DNA from: Candidatus Methylomirabilota bacterium
GTDB lineage: Bacteria > Methylomirabilota > Methylomirabilia > Rokubacteriales > CSP1-6
Length of the DNA stretch: 12,599 nucleotides
Direction of reading: 5' to 3'
NCBI GenBank assembly: GCA_046726415.1
Contig: JBKPAK010000066.1
Span: 1-12,599, forward strand
Part shown: positions 1 to 7,624 of the stretch, piece after piece
Layout of the letters: every line of letters begins with the position of its first letter
Numbering within the stretch: the stretch's first letter is position 1
Position numbers and translations under genes: made by a program
The notes under the pieces: generated by a model
Databases searched by the model: none
Seen by the model: only the letters and a program-made list of their open reading frames with translations
Told to the model about the DNA's origin: nothing

Positions 1-164
1 TTGACGATGCGGGTGACGCCGAAGATGAGGGACATCCCCACCGAAACGAGGAACAGGAACATGCCCACGCTGAGCCCGCTCATCACCTGGACGAGAATGA
101 GGGGACCGTTGGTGATCCACGGAAAGAGGTTGGTGACGAAGTCCACGCGCTGGTCCGGCGCCAT
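1..164 (-). CDS. Branched-chain amino acid ABC transporter permease (LivH-like), N-terminal part; runs off the window edge
   Basis: Not in the ORF track; translated by hand from ATG 164: MAPDQRVDFVTNLFPWITNGPLILVQVMSGLSVGMFLFLVSVGMSLIFGVTRIV(N). This matches the LivH N-terminal pattern (Q..xGL..G...FL...G.SLIFG...IVN). It lies directly downstream of the binding-protein gene. GTG at 146 is an alternative start. Confidence 0.85.
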   Translation of the reverse strand, partial: MAPDQRVDFVTNLFPWITNGPLILVQVMSGLSVGMFLFLVSVGMSLIFGVTRIV

Positions 165-205
165 GGCCGCCGGGCCGGGACCGGCCGCGTCCCCGCCCGG
201 CGGCC
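165..205. repeat. GC-rich inverted repeat (stem-loop) between the binding protein and permease genes
   Basis: GGCCGCCGGGCCGGGAC (165-181) pairs with GTCCCCGCCCGGCGGCC (189-205) at 16/17 positions, with a 7-nt loop and no U-tract. Confidence 0.8.
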
Positions 206-212
206 GAAGTGC

Positions 213-1490
213 TTACTTCTTCTGCTTGGCCGCGGCGGCCGCCCGCAGCTCCCTCACCTCGTCACAGCTCTTGACGATGTCCTTGCCGTGGATCTCCTCG
301 ATGTCGGCCACGAAGGGCTTGCCGTCCTTCGTCTTCACGACGCCGCCCCACTGCGGCGGGAGCGCCTGCATGTCGCAGCCCCGCATGATCACCTTGCCCC
401 AGGGGAACTCCATGTCGAAGCCCTCACTCAGCACGGCGATCACCTTGTCCGGGTCCGTGCTCTTCGCCCGCTTGAGGGCCTCGGCGATGATGTAGACGCT
501 GGCGTAGCCCCAGGAGGCGCCGAGCTTCGGCTGCGGGTCCTTCACGTTACCCCGGCTCTTTGCCCACTCCGTGTACTTCTTGTTCCACGCGTCGAGCTTG
601 GGATGCCGCTTCAGGGTCCCCTCGTCGTACCAGGGGAACGTCGTGGTGATGGCGCCCACGGGCGCCTCCTTGCCGAGCGGATCCAGCTCGTCGGGGGTGC
701 CGACGGCGGGGCTGACCAGGGGGATCTTCTCGAACAACCCAAACGGCCGCGCCTGCTTCACGAAGTTGATCTCCTGAGATCCCCAGAGGCCGCTGAAGAA
801 GCCTTCCGCTCCGGACTGCAACAGGGCCGTGATGTAGGAGCTGTGGTCGGTCTCGCCCAGCTTGGGCCAGTTCTGCTGGACCACCTGGACGTCGGGCTTG
901 AGGTGCTTGAGGTACGCCCAAAACTCCTCCCAAAGGTTGTGCCCGTACTCGTAGTCGGGGGAGATGTGGGCCCACTTCTTGTACGGCATGGTCGCCGCCT
1001 TCTTCGCCATCACGCGGACGTACTGGTTCACGTTGTTGGTGGTGTGGGCGACGTATCGGTGCCCGTCGTCCCAGGTGAGGCGCGACGTCTGGCAGTGGGT
1101 GGCGAAGTAGAGCACCTTCGCATCCTTGGCGTAGGCGGAGATAGCCAGGCCGACCGCACTGGTGATGCACCCGGCCAGGAAGTCCACCTTCTCCTGGAGC
1201 ACCAGCTCGCGGGCGGCCTTGACGGCCTCGTCCGGCTTGAGCTTGTCGTCACGGTGAATGAACTCGAGCGGCCGGCCCAGCACGCCCCCCGCGTCGTTGA
1301 TCTCCTTGGTGGCCAGCGCGAGACCCTCCTTGTACGGGAAGGTGAAGACGGTGGCCACGCCGCTGTACGAGTTGATCTCGCCGATACGGATCGGCTTGGC
1401 CTGAGCGTGAGCGTGGTCAACGGCCAGGGTCATGCTGATCAGAAGGCTCGCGAGCATTCCCGCGAGGACGCTCCGGGGTCCTGGTCGCAT
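213..1490 (-). CDS. ABC transporter substrate-binding protein, branched-chain amino acid/amide (type 1 PBP) family, 425 aa
   Basis: Signal peptide MRPGPRSVLAGMLASLLISMTLAVDHAHA, then PIRIGEINSYSG, INDAGGVLGRPLEFIHRDD, PDYEYGH and WPKLGETD. AAGGAGG (1497-1503) lies 6 nt before ATG 1490. A second in-frame ATG at 1607 also has an SD. Confidence 0.92.
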   Translation of the reverse strand: MRPGPRSVLAGMLASLLISMTLAVDHAHAQAKPIRIGEINSYSGVATVFTFPYKEGLALATKEINDAGGVLGRPLEFIHRDDKLKPDEAVKAARELVLQEKVDFLAGCITSAVGLAISAYAKDAKVLYFATHCQTSRLTWDDGHRYVAHTTNNVNQYVRVMAKKAATMPYKKWAHISPDYEYGHNLWEEFWAYLKHLKPDVQVVQQNWPKLGETDHSSYITALLQSGAEGFFSGLWGSQEINFVKQARPFGLFEKIPLVSPAVGTPDELDPLGKEAPVGAITTTFPWYDEGTLKRHPKLDAWNKKYTEWAKSRGNVKDPQPKLGASWGYASVYIIAEALKRAKSTDPDKVIAVLSEGFDMEFPWGKVIMRGCDMQALPPQWGGVVKTKDGKPFVADIEEIHGKDIVKSCDEVRELRAAAAAKQKK

Positions 1491-1649
1491 GGTGCGCCTC
1501 CTTGCGCTGCCGCGAAGGTGAGGTCTGGCGGAGAGACGTGCTACGAGACGGTCGTCATGACCGAAGCGGATGGCGAAGAGCTGTCCTGAGACCCGATCCA
1601 GGGGCATCTGCGCCTCCTGAAGGGACGGACGGTCCTGAAGGTGGGCAGC

Positions 1650-1679
1650 ACTCTGCTCTCAGAGGCCGGAACTTGTCAA
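1650..1679 (-). promoter_or_regulatory. Putative sigma70 promoter for the binding protein/permease operon
   Basis: Perfect TTGACA (1679-1674), 18-nt spacer, weak -10 CAGAGT (1655-1650). Confidence 0.5.
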
Positions 1680-1680
1680 G

Positions 1681-3161
1681 CTAGCGGGGAAGTTTCTGGA
1701 GCCAGTACGTCATATGCATGTCCCGCAGAGCGCCAGCGCTTCCGTTAGCAGCTCGTTCGCTGGCCCGCGCTCGCCTGGGTCGCGCGCCAGCTGACGGAGG
1801 GCGAGCAGGCACCGCGCGCGCAAGGGCCGCATGCCGAGCTCGTCGGCCAAGGCGATCGCCCGGCGCAAATGCTCCTCGCCGAGCCCCGTCTCGGAACCAC
1901 CCGCCCGCGCCCCGCTCTCCCCGAGCAGCCACAGCGCGTACGCCTGGTTGCCGCGCTCCTTTCGAGTCACGGCGAGGTGGAGCGCCTCGCGGGCCAGTTG
2001 GCCGGTCTGCGCCGGTTGGCCGGCGAGCAGCGATACCGTGCCGAGATGCGTGACGAGCAGGGAGAGCCGGCCCAGCCGGCCGAGGCCGCGCGCGCGCTCG
2101 ACACCGTCCTGGACCAGGCTCCGACCCTCGTCCACGCGTCCGGTGTAGGCCTGGGCCAGCCCGAGATCCACGGCGAGGGGAGGGAAGAGGAGGGCGCTCG
2201 CGCGCTCGCCGCGAGCCCGCGGGTAAGGACGGGAATGGCCTCCTCGAAGTGCCCCTGACGAATGAGGACACCGCCAAGCCCCAGGTACGCGTGGGCGAGC
2301 GTGTAGGCGTGCTGAGCCGCCTCCGCGATCTCCACGCTTTCCTGCGCCGTGGTCACCGCCTCCGCGAAGTGCCCCATCTCGGCCAGGCTCCACACGAGAT
2401 GGCTGCGCGCGAGCACCGCGGGCAGCCCGTGCTGGCCGAAGTACTCATAGGTGGGCTCGCGCGCCAGCAGGGCGATGACCCGCCCCATGTAGTCCACAGT
2501 CTGGCGACACGCCGTGGGCGCGGTGGGCGCCTCCCATGCTGAAGTTGGCGACGATCTGCAGGTGCGGGTCGCCCGTGCGCTGGGCCATGGCCAGGGCTTC
2601 CCGGCCCGACTCGAGGGCCAGATCGGATTCGCCGACGTTCCAGTAATAGTTGCTGAGAAAGGCCAGGATGCGGCCCAGGCGCGGGGCATCGTGGAGCGCC
2701 TCGGCGAGCCGCCGGGCCTCGCCAAGGTGCACGAAGACGTGCTGCTGCTGGCCGTAGGGCCGCTCCGTAGGCCATCGATCCGCTCTCCAGCACGCGGACT
2801 CCCTCGGACGACGCCGCGCGTGCGAACTCGCGCAGGAGGCGCGACTTGCCCACGCCGGCCTCGCCGACGAGGGCCAGCACGCGGTGCCCGTCTTCGCGCA
2901 CGCGGACGAGGATCTTCCGGAGGGTCTCCAGGCGAGCAGCTCCATGGAGCTCTTGAGATCAGCGAAGAGGATGGTGACCTGCTTGGGCTCGCCGTCGCGG
3001 CCCACGCCGGTGCGGTGGGCGACGGAGGGTGCCGAGCTGGCCAGACTTAGGGGATGAACGGAGATCTTGCCACCGGGAAAGGCAGCACGGGCGAGCCGTG
3101 TCCCGCAATGTGGGCAGAAGTGCGCATCTGGCGGCGTCTCTCGCTGGCATTGCGGACACAT
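1681..3161 (-). pseudogene. Degraded zinc-ribbon / class III adenylate-guanylate cyclase / AAA ATPase / TPR multidomain gene
   Basis: Pieces lie in different frames: CPQC..FCPHCG zinc ribbon; cyclase start KQVTILFADLKSSMELLA; junction ~2931; LETLRKIL..LVGEAGVGKSRLLREF (Walker A); junction ~2760; TPR-like helices with frameshifts at ~2510, ~2200 and ~1726; typical ending RDMHMTYWLQKLPR* at 1681. Confidence 0.88.
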
Positions 3162-3170
3162 GACTCGCTC

Positions 3171-3198
3171 AGCCTAGCGTCTTGAACGAGCGTGTAAA
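3171..3198 (-). promoter_or_regulatory. Putative sigma70 promoter of the cyclase pseudogene (near-leaderless)
   Basis: TTTACA (3198-3193), 16-nt spacer, TAGGCT (3176-3171), 9 nt before ATG 3161. No clear SD. Confidence 0.5.
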
Positions 3199-3229
3199 TC
3201 AGCGCAGGCCGCCAAAAAAACTTCGCCAT

Positions 3230-3250
3230 CGGCGGGACTCTTGCTACTGT
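3230..3250 (+). promoter_or_regulatory. Putative promoter for the + strand unit (sigma54 -24/-12-like or extended -10)
   Basis: CGGCGGGACTCTTGCT has GG-N10-GC spacing with TTGCT. It overlaps TG-C-TACTGT, an extended -10 pattern. An A7 tract lies just upstream (3214-3220). Confidence 0.4.
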
Positions 3251-3327
3251 GGATCTCAGATGGCGAACGCCTGCGGGGTCGTCGCCGGCCCGAGCCGCGT
3301 GACCGCGATCGCTTCCCGTGAGGGGCC

Positions 3328-3597
3328 GTGTCGGATCATCTGACCGACAGTGCCCCTGTTGCGCGTGCGTATTGTCCCGGCTGTGAGCCCGATGCCGACC
3401 CGATCCGCGAGATTCTCGACGTGCGCTGGTGCGAACTGCACACTCCGGCCCGAGAAGGTGCTGAAGACGCCACTGTGAATGCGGATGGCTTCCTGTCCGG
3501 CAGCGCTGAAGCCGGGGGCGACGCCAATCGCCGCTGGTGCGAGCTGATCCACGCCTCAGACCGGCAGAGCTCGGGATCGTCAAGGAGCGCTCCATGA
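3328..3597 (+). CDS. Small hypothetical Cys/His-motif protein, 89 aa, putatively metal-binding
   Basis: GTG start after GAGGGG. Contains YCPGC, RWCELH and RWCELIH. The stop overlaps the next start (ATGA 3594-3597). It fills an otherwise empty interval. Confidence 0.65.
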   Translation: MSDHLTDSAPVARAYCPGCEPDADPIREILDVRWCELHTPAREGAEDATVNADGFLSGSAEAGGDANRRWCELIHASDRQSSGSSRSAP

Positions 3598-4391
3598 CTG
3601 CACTCGCCCTCCACACATGGACGCTGGACAGCACCCCCCTCGCCGACGCGTTGCGCGTGGCGCGGGACAGCGGTTGGGACGCCATCGAGTTGCGCCGCGT
3701 CGACTTCACGCGCGCCGTCGCGTCGGGGGGATCGGCGGACGACGCCGTGAGCCTGGTCCGGGAGAGCCGGCTACCCGTCGCCTGCGTCGGCGTCGAATTC
3801 GGGTGGATGTGGGCGGATGGCGCCGAGCGACGACGCCTCCTTCAGGTGTTCGCCGAGCAGTGTGCGCGGGCGAGGGTGCTGGGCTGCGCCACCGTCATGA
3901 GCCCCGTTGACAAAGGGGAAGGGAGCGTTCGGCAGGCGGCGGCCAGCGTGTGCGAAGTCGGCGACCTCGCCGCGGCGGCTGGCGTGCGCCTGGCTATAGA
4001 GTTCAACTCACAAGCGGCGCAGCTCAACTCCCTCCCCCGGATTCGCGAGGTGATGGCGCTGGCCGCGCACCCGGCGTGTGGGCTCCTGCTCGATACGTAT
4101 CATCTCCACCGGAGTGGGGCGGGCGTGCGCGACATCGATGATGTGAGTGCCGACGAGATCGCCTACGTCCAGTACAGCGACGTGCCGGCGAGCGGGCTCG
4201 CGCCAGGAGAGGCCCTGCCTCGCCTCGCGCCAGGACGGGGCGTGGTTCCGTTCAAGGAGTGGTTCCGCGCCTTCGCCGCCAGAGGCTACGCCGGCTACAT
4301 GAGCTACGAGGCTCCTGACCCCGCGGCGTGGAAGCGTCCGCCGGGTGACGTCGCTCGCGAGGCGCTTGCCGCAACTCGCGCGTTTCTTTAG
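3594..4391 (+). CDS. Sugar phosphate isomerase/epimerase (xylose isomerase-like TIM barrel, AP_endonuc_2; IolI-like), 265 aa
   Basis: Motifs GWDAIEL, RLAIEF, LLLDTYH, YVQYSDVP, RLAPGRGVVP and GYAGYMSYE. AAGGAG (3582-3587) precedes ATG 3594, so I prefer this start to 3537. Confidence 0.88.
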   Translation: MTALALHTWTLDSTPLADALRVARDSGWDAIELRRVDFTRAVASGGSADDAVSLVRESRLPVACVGVEFGWMWADGAERRRLLQVFAEQCARARVLGCATVMSPVDKGEGSVRQAAASVCEVGDLAAAAGVRLAIEFNSQAAQLNSLPRIREVMALAAHPACGLLLDTYHLHRSGAGVRDIDDVSADEIAYVQYSDVPASGLAPGEALPRLAPGRGVVPFKEWFRAFAARGYAGYMSYEAPDPAAWKRPPGDVAREALAATRAFL

Positions 4392-4426
4392 TCGGAGGCC
4401 CCACTCGCGCGAGGGGTGACCAGGGT

Positions 4427-4445
4427 GCGCGGGCATAGCCCGCGC
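4427..4445. repeat. Perfect 8-bp inverted repeat
   Basis: GCGCGGGC-ATA-GCCCGCGC in the intergenic region, overlapping the expected -35 position of the 4463 promoter. Confidence 0.6.
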
Positions 4446-4462
4446 TCAATCAGGGGCGATTG

Positions 4463-4468
4463 TATACT
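4463..4468 (+). promoter_or_regulatory. -10 element of a probable leaderless transcript
   Basis: TATACT 8 nt upstream of ATG 4477, with no SD in between. Confidence 0.55.
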
Positions 4469-4476
4469 CAGCGGCG

Positions 4477-5400
4477 ATGGCCAGGCTCATCGCGGTCATA
4501 GAGCCCTTCCGCTCGCTCTTCTATGCGCCGCAGTTCGTGGCCCTGCATGGTGGACACTTCGCTGCCGAAGGGCTCGATGTCACCGTGCGCACGGCCGCCG
4601 GCGGCGCCAACACGACCGGCGTGCTCCTCGATGGGACGAACACCATCAGCCTCGGAGGGCTGATGCGGAGCTTCGATCTCGCGGATCGCGGCGCGGGCAT
4701 CCTGGTGCATTTTGCGGAAGTCAACAGCCGCAATGGCTTCTTTCTGCTGAACCGGAAGCCGCGTCCGGACTTTCAGTGGGCCCACCTCGCAGGTCAGACG
4801 CTGATCTCATTCGCCGAAGCGCCCACGCCCTGGCAGTGCATGCTCACCGTGTTGCGCCGGGAAGGTGTCGATCCGGCGCGGGTGACCATTCGCCGGGACT
4901 TGCCCACCCCGGAGGCCGTGGCCGCCTTTCGAAGCGGGGAAGCGGACTTCCTCGAACAGGGACAGCCTGCCGTCGAGCAGCTCCTGGCCGAGGGCGCCGC
5001 GCACCTCGTCGCGTCCATGGGCGAGGCGACCGGGCCCGTGCCCTTCTCGTCCTACATGACCACGCCGCGCTTCCTGCGCGACGATTCGGATACCGTCCGG
5101 CGGTTCACTCGCGGCCTCTTCCGGGCCCAGCGCTGGATGGCGGTCCACAGCAGCGACGACATCGCCACGCTGATCGCCCCATCGTTCCCCGACGTCGATC
5201 CCGTGATCTGCCGGCGCGCGGTGGAGCGATATCAACGCCAGGGCACGTGGCCGCGCGACCCCATCATCCGGCAACCCGGCTACGAATATCTGCAGCGCAT
5301 CCTGCTGGATGGCGGCTTCATCCGCTCATCGCACCGCTACGAGGATTTGGTGGATACCGCCATCGCCCGCGAGATCGTCGCGGAATTCGAGGCCGCGTGA
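4477..5400 (+). CDS. NMT1/THI5/SsuA-like (type 2 PBP) substrate-binding protein without signal peptide, 307 aa
   Basis: FRSLFYAPQFVALHGGHFAAEGLDV, FQWAHLAGQTL, AFRSGEADF, GPVPFSSY and the C-terminal YEDLVD are typical of the NitT/TauT-type binding family. Confidence 0.85.
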   Translation: MARLIAVIEPFRSLFYAPQFVALHGGHFAAEGLDVTVRTAAGGANTTGVLLDGTNTISLGGLMRSFDLADRGAGILVHFAEVNSRNGFFLLNRKPRPDFQWAHLAGQTLISFAEAPTPWQCMLTVLRREGVDPARVTIRRDLPTPEAVAAFRSGEADFLEQGQPAVEQLLAEGAAHLVASMGEATGPVPFSSYMTTPRFLRDDSDTVRRFTRGLFRAQRWMAVHSSDDIATLIAPSFPDVDPVICRRAVERYQRQGTWPRDPIIRQPGYEYLQRILLDGGFIRSSHRYEDLVDTAIAREIVAEFEAA

Positions 5401-5496
5401 CCTCAGCAGCTTGAAGGCCGCGCGAGGGAGGACTGGTGGCTCGACGTCCTCGCGCAATGTACGACGATCCAGAACCTACCGCGAGAGGTGCTCGAC

Positions 5497-6378
5497 ATGC
5501 CGAAAGCCCGTGTGAACGGGATCCAGCTCTACTACGAAGAGGTTGGTCAGGGCCTACCTCTCGTCTTCGTGCACGAGTTCGCCGGCGACGTTCAGAGCTG
5601 GCGGCCTCAGATGAGCTTCTTCTGCCGCCGCTACCGCACGATCGCCTTCAACGCCCGCGGCTACCCGCCCTCCGACGTGCCCGAAGATCCCGCGGTCTAC
5701 TCCCAGCAACAGGCGGCCGACGACATCCGAGGACTGCTCGACGCCGTCGGGATCGCCAAGGCGCACGTCTGTGGGCTCTCCATGGGCGGCTACGCCACCC
5801 TGCACTTCGGCCTGACCTACCCGGACCGCGCGCTCTCCCTGGTGGTGGCGGGTGCCGGCTACGGCAGCGGAGACCGCGAAAAGTTCAAGGAGGACTCTGC
5901 GGTGGTGGTGAAGCGCTTCGAGCAGGGCATGGAGGCGGTGACCGACTTCTACGCTAAGGGCCCAACGCGCGTGCAGTTCATGGACAAGGACCCTCGAGGC
6001 TGGCAGGAGTTCCGCGACCAACTCGCCGCGGGATCAGCCAGGGGCCATTCGCTCACCATGCAGGGCGTACAGATGAAGCGGCCGTCAATCTTCGACCTGG
6101 GCGACCGCATGAAGCGCCTCGAAGTCCCCACCCTGATCATGACCGGCGACGAGGATGATCCGTGCCTGGAACCCGGAATCTTCATGAAGCGCACGATTTC
6201 CACGGCCGGCCTCGTCGTGCTGCCGAAGTCGGGACACGCCATCAACCTGGAGGAGCCCGACGCCTTCAATCGCGCCGTGCTCGACTTCCTGACCGCGGTG
6301 GACGCCGGCCGCTGGACGCGGCGGAACCCGGCCTCGATGACGGGCTCCGCCATTCTCCCTGCCGGCGCTCGGCCCTGA
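5497..6378 (+). CDS. Alpha/beta fold hydrolase, 293 aa
   Basis: LYYEEVGQGLPLVFVHEFAGD, nucleophile elbow GLSMGG, acid TGDEDD, histidine SGHAINLEEP. GAGGTG precedes ATG 5497. Confidence 0.92.
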   Translation: MPKARVNGIQLYYEEVGQGLPLVFVHEFAGDVQSWRPQMSFFCRRYRTIAFNARGYPPSDVPEDPAVYSQQQAADDIRGLLDAVGIAKAHVCGLSMGGYATLHFGLTYPDRALSLVVAGAGYGSGDREKFKEDSAVVVKRFEQGMEAVTDFYAKGPTRVQFMDKDPRGWQEFRDQLAAGSARGHSLTMQGVQMKRPSIFDLGDRMKRLEVPTLIMTGDEDDPCLEPGIFMKRTISTAGLVVLPKSGHAINLEEPDAFNRAVLDFLTAVDAGRWTRRNPASMTGSAILPAGARP

Positions 6379-6423
6379 GTAAGGCCGAGGAGGTCACATC
6401 GTCCGGCCTGGACCGGCGGAGGC

Positions 6424-7617
6424 TTACCGGATCACCCCCGCCTCGCGCAGGCGGGCCAGTTCGTCCGGGGAGAGGCCGGCCTCGCGGAGCACGTTGTCGG
6501 TGTGCTCGCCGAGCGCCGGCGCGCCCGTTCGCCGAGTCCCTGGCGTCTTCTCGAAGCGGACCGCCGTATCGATAGTGCGGAAGCGCCCGGCGCGCGGGTG
6601 CTTCTCTTCCACGATGATCTCGCTCGCGCGGATTTGCGGGTCGCGCTCCAGATCCGCGTAGCGATTCACCGGTGCGCAGAGGACGTCGCCGGCTTCGAGC
6701 GCGTTCATCCAGTCGGCCACCGTGCGCTCCTGGAAGATGGGCGCCAGGACTCCGGTCAGCGCCGCACGGTTTTTGGCCCTGGCCTCGCGCGAGGCAAAGC
6801 GCGGGTCCTGCGCCAGGTCGGGGCGCCCGATGGCCGCGCAGAACGGCTCCCAGAGGCTCTCCTTCCACACGGCCACGTAGATCCACCCGTCCTTGGCCAG
6901 GAAGGCCTGGAAGGGCGCGAGAATCGGATGTGAGCTGCCCAGACGCGTGGGCTCCTCGCCGGTGGCCCAGAACACGGGAAGCCGAGCGGCGTGGGCGAGC
7001 ATCAAGCAGTTGAGAAGCGAGACGTCGAGCCGCTGTCCCTCGCCGGTGCGCTCGCGATGCAGCAGCGCAGTGACGATCCCCTGGCCGGCGGTGAGCGCCC
7101 CCATGGTGTCGATGACGGGCACGCTGCAGAGTACGGGACCGCCGTCGGGCTCACCCGTGATGGCCATGAGCCCGCCCATGGCCTGCACGAGCATGTCGAC
7201 CCCGGGCTTCTCCTTCCAAGGGCCTGTGGGTCCGAACGCCGAGAGCGAACAGTAGATGATGCGCGGGTTCACGGCGCTGACGCTCGCGTAGTCGATGCCG
7301 AGCCGTTCCGCCACGCCGCCCTTATAGGCCTCCAGCACGACGTCGGCGGTGGTCGCCAGCGCCATGAAAGCCGCCCGCCCCTCCGGCCGGGCGAGGTCGA
7401 TCGACACGCTGCGCTTGTTGCGATTGACGGTGACGAACACAGCGCTCTCGTCGCCGTACTTGGCGCCGTAGACGGTGCGCGAGGCGTCGCCTGCCGACGG
7501 GCTCTCGACCTTGATGACGTCGGCGCCCATGTCAGCGAGATACGTCCCGCACAGGGGCCCGGCGACGAGGTGGGCCAACTCGAGCGCGCGGTAGCCGGAG
7601 AGCGGGAGCTGGGTCAT
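6424..7617 (-). CDS. Class III CoA-transferase (CaiB/BaiF/Frc family), 397 aa
   Basis: PLSGYRALEL..AGP....LADMGADVIKVESP, NRNKRSVSIDL, catalytic-Asp region PGVDMLVQAMGGLM, RERTGEGQ, APALGEHT. Confidence 0.95.
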   Translation of the reverse strand: MTQLPLSGYRALELAHLVAGPLCGTYLADMGADVIKVESPSAGDASRTVYGAKYGDESAVFVTVNRNKRSVSIDLARPEGRAAFMALATTADVVLEAYKGGVAERLGIDYASVSAVNPRIIYCSLSAFGPTGPWKEKPGVDMLVQAMGGLMAITGEPDGGPVLCSVPVIDTMGALTAGQGIVTALLHRERTGEGQRLDVSLLNCLMLAHAARLPVFWATGEEPTRLGSSHPILAPFQAFLAKDGWIYVAVWKESLWEPFCAAIGRPDLAQDPRFASREARAKNRAALTGVLAPIFQERTVADWMNALEAGDVLCAPVNRYADLERDPQIRASEIIVEEKHPRAGRFRTIDTAVRFEKTPGTRRTGAPALGEHTDNVLREAGLSPDELARLREAGVIR

Positions 7618-7624
7618 GGGCGAA

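Noticed and set aside
1..495. 164-aa + strand ORF
   Set aside because: Antisense to the LivH-like permease and the end of the binding-protein gene.
288..1589. 433-aa + strand ORF
   Set aside because: Antisense shadow of the binding-protein gene, expected from high-GC codon bias; no recognisable motifs.
1504..1645. Possible riboswitch in the transporter leader
   Set aside because: I could not match any known aptamer consensus (glycine, guanidine, TPP, SAM, cobalamin) by eye; an Infernal/Rfam scan would be decisive.
1710..2901. ORFs 1710-2393, 1967-2725 and 2353-2901 as separate genes
   Set aside because: Each has only a partly meaningful translation; they are frameshifted pieces of one pseudogene.
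4477..5400. Calling this gene THI5 (HMP-P synthase)
   Set aside because: It lacks the CCCFC motif, and no thiamine genes or TPP riboswitch are visible nearby.
6379..6423. Bidirectional terminator between the convergent hydrolase and CoA-transferase genes
   Set aside because: Only a 4-bp stem (GTCC/GGAC) and no U-tract.
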